Origin: Vicugna vicugna
Lineage: Eukaryota
Direction: 5' to 3'
Length of the DNA stretch: 64,000 nt
NCBI GenBank assembly: GCA_013265495.1
Contig: MU061544.1
Span: forward strand, 396,214 to 460,213
The position numbers and the translations under genes are program-made. Positions 61,540 through 64,000 of this stretch are shown in pieces. The notes beneath the pieces are model-generated. The model was not told the origin of the DNA. It did no database searches and worked only from the letters and a program-made list of their open reading frames with translations. Positions within the stretch are counted from its first letter, which is position 1, and each line of letters starts with the position of its first letter.

Positions 61540-61803
61540 GAATGCAAACACCCATCATAGCAGTATTAGCAGTGTCAAGGACGTTAATATTTGTAACTTA
61601 AAATTATGATAGTTATTAAAGTTACCTCTAGATCTTAGTTGATAATAGAAGACATAATTATATATTTTTAATATTTTGATAAAATAACCAGCTTCTTTTG
61701 TAATCCTATGTATTTCACTTTATGTGTGTAAGAACATTATTCTGAGAAGGGGTCCACCAGACTGTTGAAGATGTTCTTCCATGAAAAAGGCTAAGAATGC
61801 CTG
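61540..61803 (+). mobile_element. hAT-like DNA transposon remnant (family uncertain)
   Basis: 'gtaatcctatgtattt...aacattattctgagaaggggtccaccagactg...aaaaggctaagaatgcctg', ending in a hAT-like terminus. Confidence 0.5.
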
Positions 61804-63454
61804 TGTGAGATCAATTTCATATGCAAATGTGGATACAGAGAGGAAAAGTGATCCACGAAGAGGCAGCATTGTATTAAAAACAAATAGAAAAATAAAAAAA
61901 ACATGGCCTAGGGAAGAGAGATCATCATCCAACTGAGGAACAGAGAGCAGTTCACTAAATTCTGTTTCCACGAGGTGAGGTGGGTGTAACACCGGCTGGT
62001 AAGAGATAAGACAGGCAAGGTGAACAGGGGCAACATTTTGAATGATCTTTTAGGAAATGCTGAAATAATAATAAATCGTTGCTTGTTTATAAATAGAGGA
62101 GAAATATGCCTAGACTTTCATTTTACTATATTCTGTGCTTATTTATCAATTTGTTAAAACTGAGGAAAAGAAGTCATAAATATTCTTTAATGGGTTTCTT
62201 AAACCCCAATATTTGATTGTGAAAGAGTTGAGAAAGGTAAGGAATTGTCAGATAAAATTGTAGGACACATATTTTTATTGCTATTATTTTAATAAATGAA
62301 AAGAACTAAATATATCGATGAGCTGAGAGAAGCTCTCTCCAGTGACAGAGTGACTCAGAATAGATCAGAGATGGAGTAACCATCTCTGCTGGATGTGGGA
62401 GCAGTTAACATCAGAAACAAGATGAAGAAAATGGTAGAACTCTTTTAAGGGCTCTTAGCATTAGCAGAACCCCTTATAAACTACGTCCAAAGTCAAGGAC
62501 CATAGTTAATTCAGATGCAACAAGGGCCAATCTTGAGAACTTCATCAGCCAAGTAAGTATGAATTTAATGGAAGACAAGTAACAATGTGTTATATGTTAT
62601 CATCTTAAGGATATTGGGGTTCACTTCTCTGCCCCTTTCAACTTATGTCACTACTTCTTTTCTAAAGTTTATGAAATAATTTTATAGAAAAACTATGCTA
62701 GACAAGAATAAACTGATTAATTTTGACTAGAAATCTAATACTGTTTCTTAAAAACTGGATTGGACAAGTAGGAATGGAATTCTTAAGATCTAGAGCACAT
62801 GTTCTTAATATGATGAATTCTGTGGATGATCCAAATATACCAGGACATTGCTTGCAAAATGTGCATGGGTATTTTTCATAAGAAAGAGTTTATAATTCAT
62901 TGGATGTTGAAACATATCTCTGACCCTTGAAAATGTTAAAAGCACTGGAACCTGAAACAAGCTTTTGGCATGTGGTCTCCCATGCAGGTATGCCCTTGAA
63001 ATCCTACTATACTTCTTCGTTCTACAGAGTCAAGCAGAAGGCACTTTCAGCCCTCATGCAAATCATCAAAAAGTCTCTTTCCCATCCCTCAAAATTAAAT
63101 TACCCTCTCCCTTCAAATATTCTAGGCAGGACACATTTATTACTGAATTCAGAGGTTATATCCCCAAATTTCATATGTTCAGAGCAAGAGAAATGAATAA
63201 AACAGCATTAGACAATCTTTCTGCCCATGTGGAGACATTTGTTCAACCTCCATGTTGATTCTTTTCCATGTTCCTCTCTTCTACTTTTAGTGTATCTGTT
63301 TGATACCTACTTTCCTACATCAGTAAGAATTTGAGATGTGGGTAGGGAAAGAATGTGTGAAATCAATTAAAATTACAAACATTTACTATCTACCTGCCCT
63401 AAGTTTTCTTCCTTGGCTACCCAGAGCTAGATCTTACTTAGGTATCATATCCAC

Positions 63455-63620
63455 AATTTCTCACCCACATCAATTAATGATACAAATAACTGGGAAGGAA
63501 TTATTTTTTCTAACATAAGCTTATAATTTGGTGGAACATGTAGTAAGTTTGATGACTCAACCAATCTGTCCCTACTTGGTCTTTGCAAGTTCTTACTGAA
63601 AACTAGAATCATGATCTGAC
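63455..63620 (+). mobile_element. MIR fragment
   Basis: 'atgatacaaataactggg' and 'ctgaaaactagaatcatgatctgac'. Confidence 0.4.
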
Positions 63621-64000
63621 AAACCAGCCTCTAATCCACGACTTTCACTTAGTCCTCTGGGACTTCCTAACTCCCAGTCACTGAAAGTAGGTTCCCTAAG
63701 CCTAAGTGTTAACCTTCCTTCCTTTCATTGGTGTTCCATCCGTGTCTCTACTTCCCAAGTCACCATAATCACGAGAAGCAAGGTGTTATTTATTATTCAT
63801 TTATTTGCTGTCCTTAAATTCTGGGACAGCCCTGAACATAAAGTAGCATAAATGAAGAAAAACAATCATCAGACAGTAAACCTGGAAAACACTGGCTATA
63901 ACTAGTCACGTGTTGGAAAATGTTTAAAAGTAAGCTCTAAAAAAAAAAAAAAAACAAACGAGAAAAGCTCTGATCTGTAGCATACCCCTTCTATAGCCAA

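Noticed and set aside
62366..62388. 9-bp perfect hairpin cagagatgg-agtaa-ccatctctg
   Set aside because: Stems of this length are expected by chance in 64 kb, and there is no supporting context
1..64000. CRISPR arrays, operons, prokaryotic defence systems, CpG-island promoter, intact retroviral or L1 genes
   Set aside because: The sequence is mammalian, has no regularly spaced direct repeats, is CpG-depleted throughout, and every retroelement ORF is disrupted

Overview
AT-rich, CpG-poor mammalian genomic DNA, almost certainly from a camelid: five copies of a tRNA-Ala-derived SINE resemble the Camelidae Vic-1 family, and young L1 3' ends match. The window looks intronic or intergenic, and I could not support any host protein-coding gene, RNA gene or CpG-island promoter. 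The recognisable ORFs in the track are decayed LINE-1 ORF2 pieces or antisense read-throughs of them. The window holds layered transposon fossils: young lineage-specific L1s with target-site duplications (TSDs), old L1M/HAL1, L2, MIR, MLT1 and LTR33-like LTRs, an ERVL/MaLR internal region carrying a nested MER34-like solo LTR, and MER44, MER102-like and MADE2-like DNA elements. The most notable items are a well-preserved ~0.9 kb CR1/L3 reverse-transcriptase fossil (6250-7150), a nested perfect AT-rich palindrome (11384-11460), a multi-level nested insertion stack (18.3-24.7 kb), L1 fragments lacking 3' ends, and a few weak candidate exons and enhancers. I found no convincing new biological system. 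Family names come from recalled consensus sequences, not a database search, and boundaries of old repeats are approximate.
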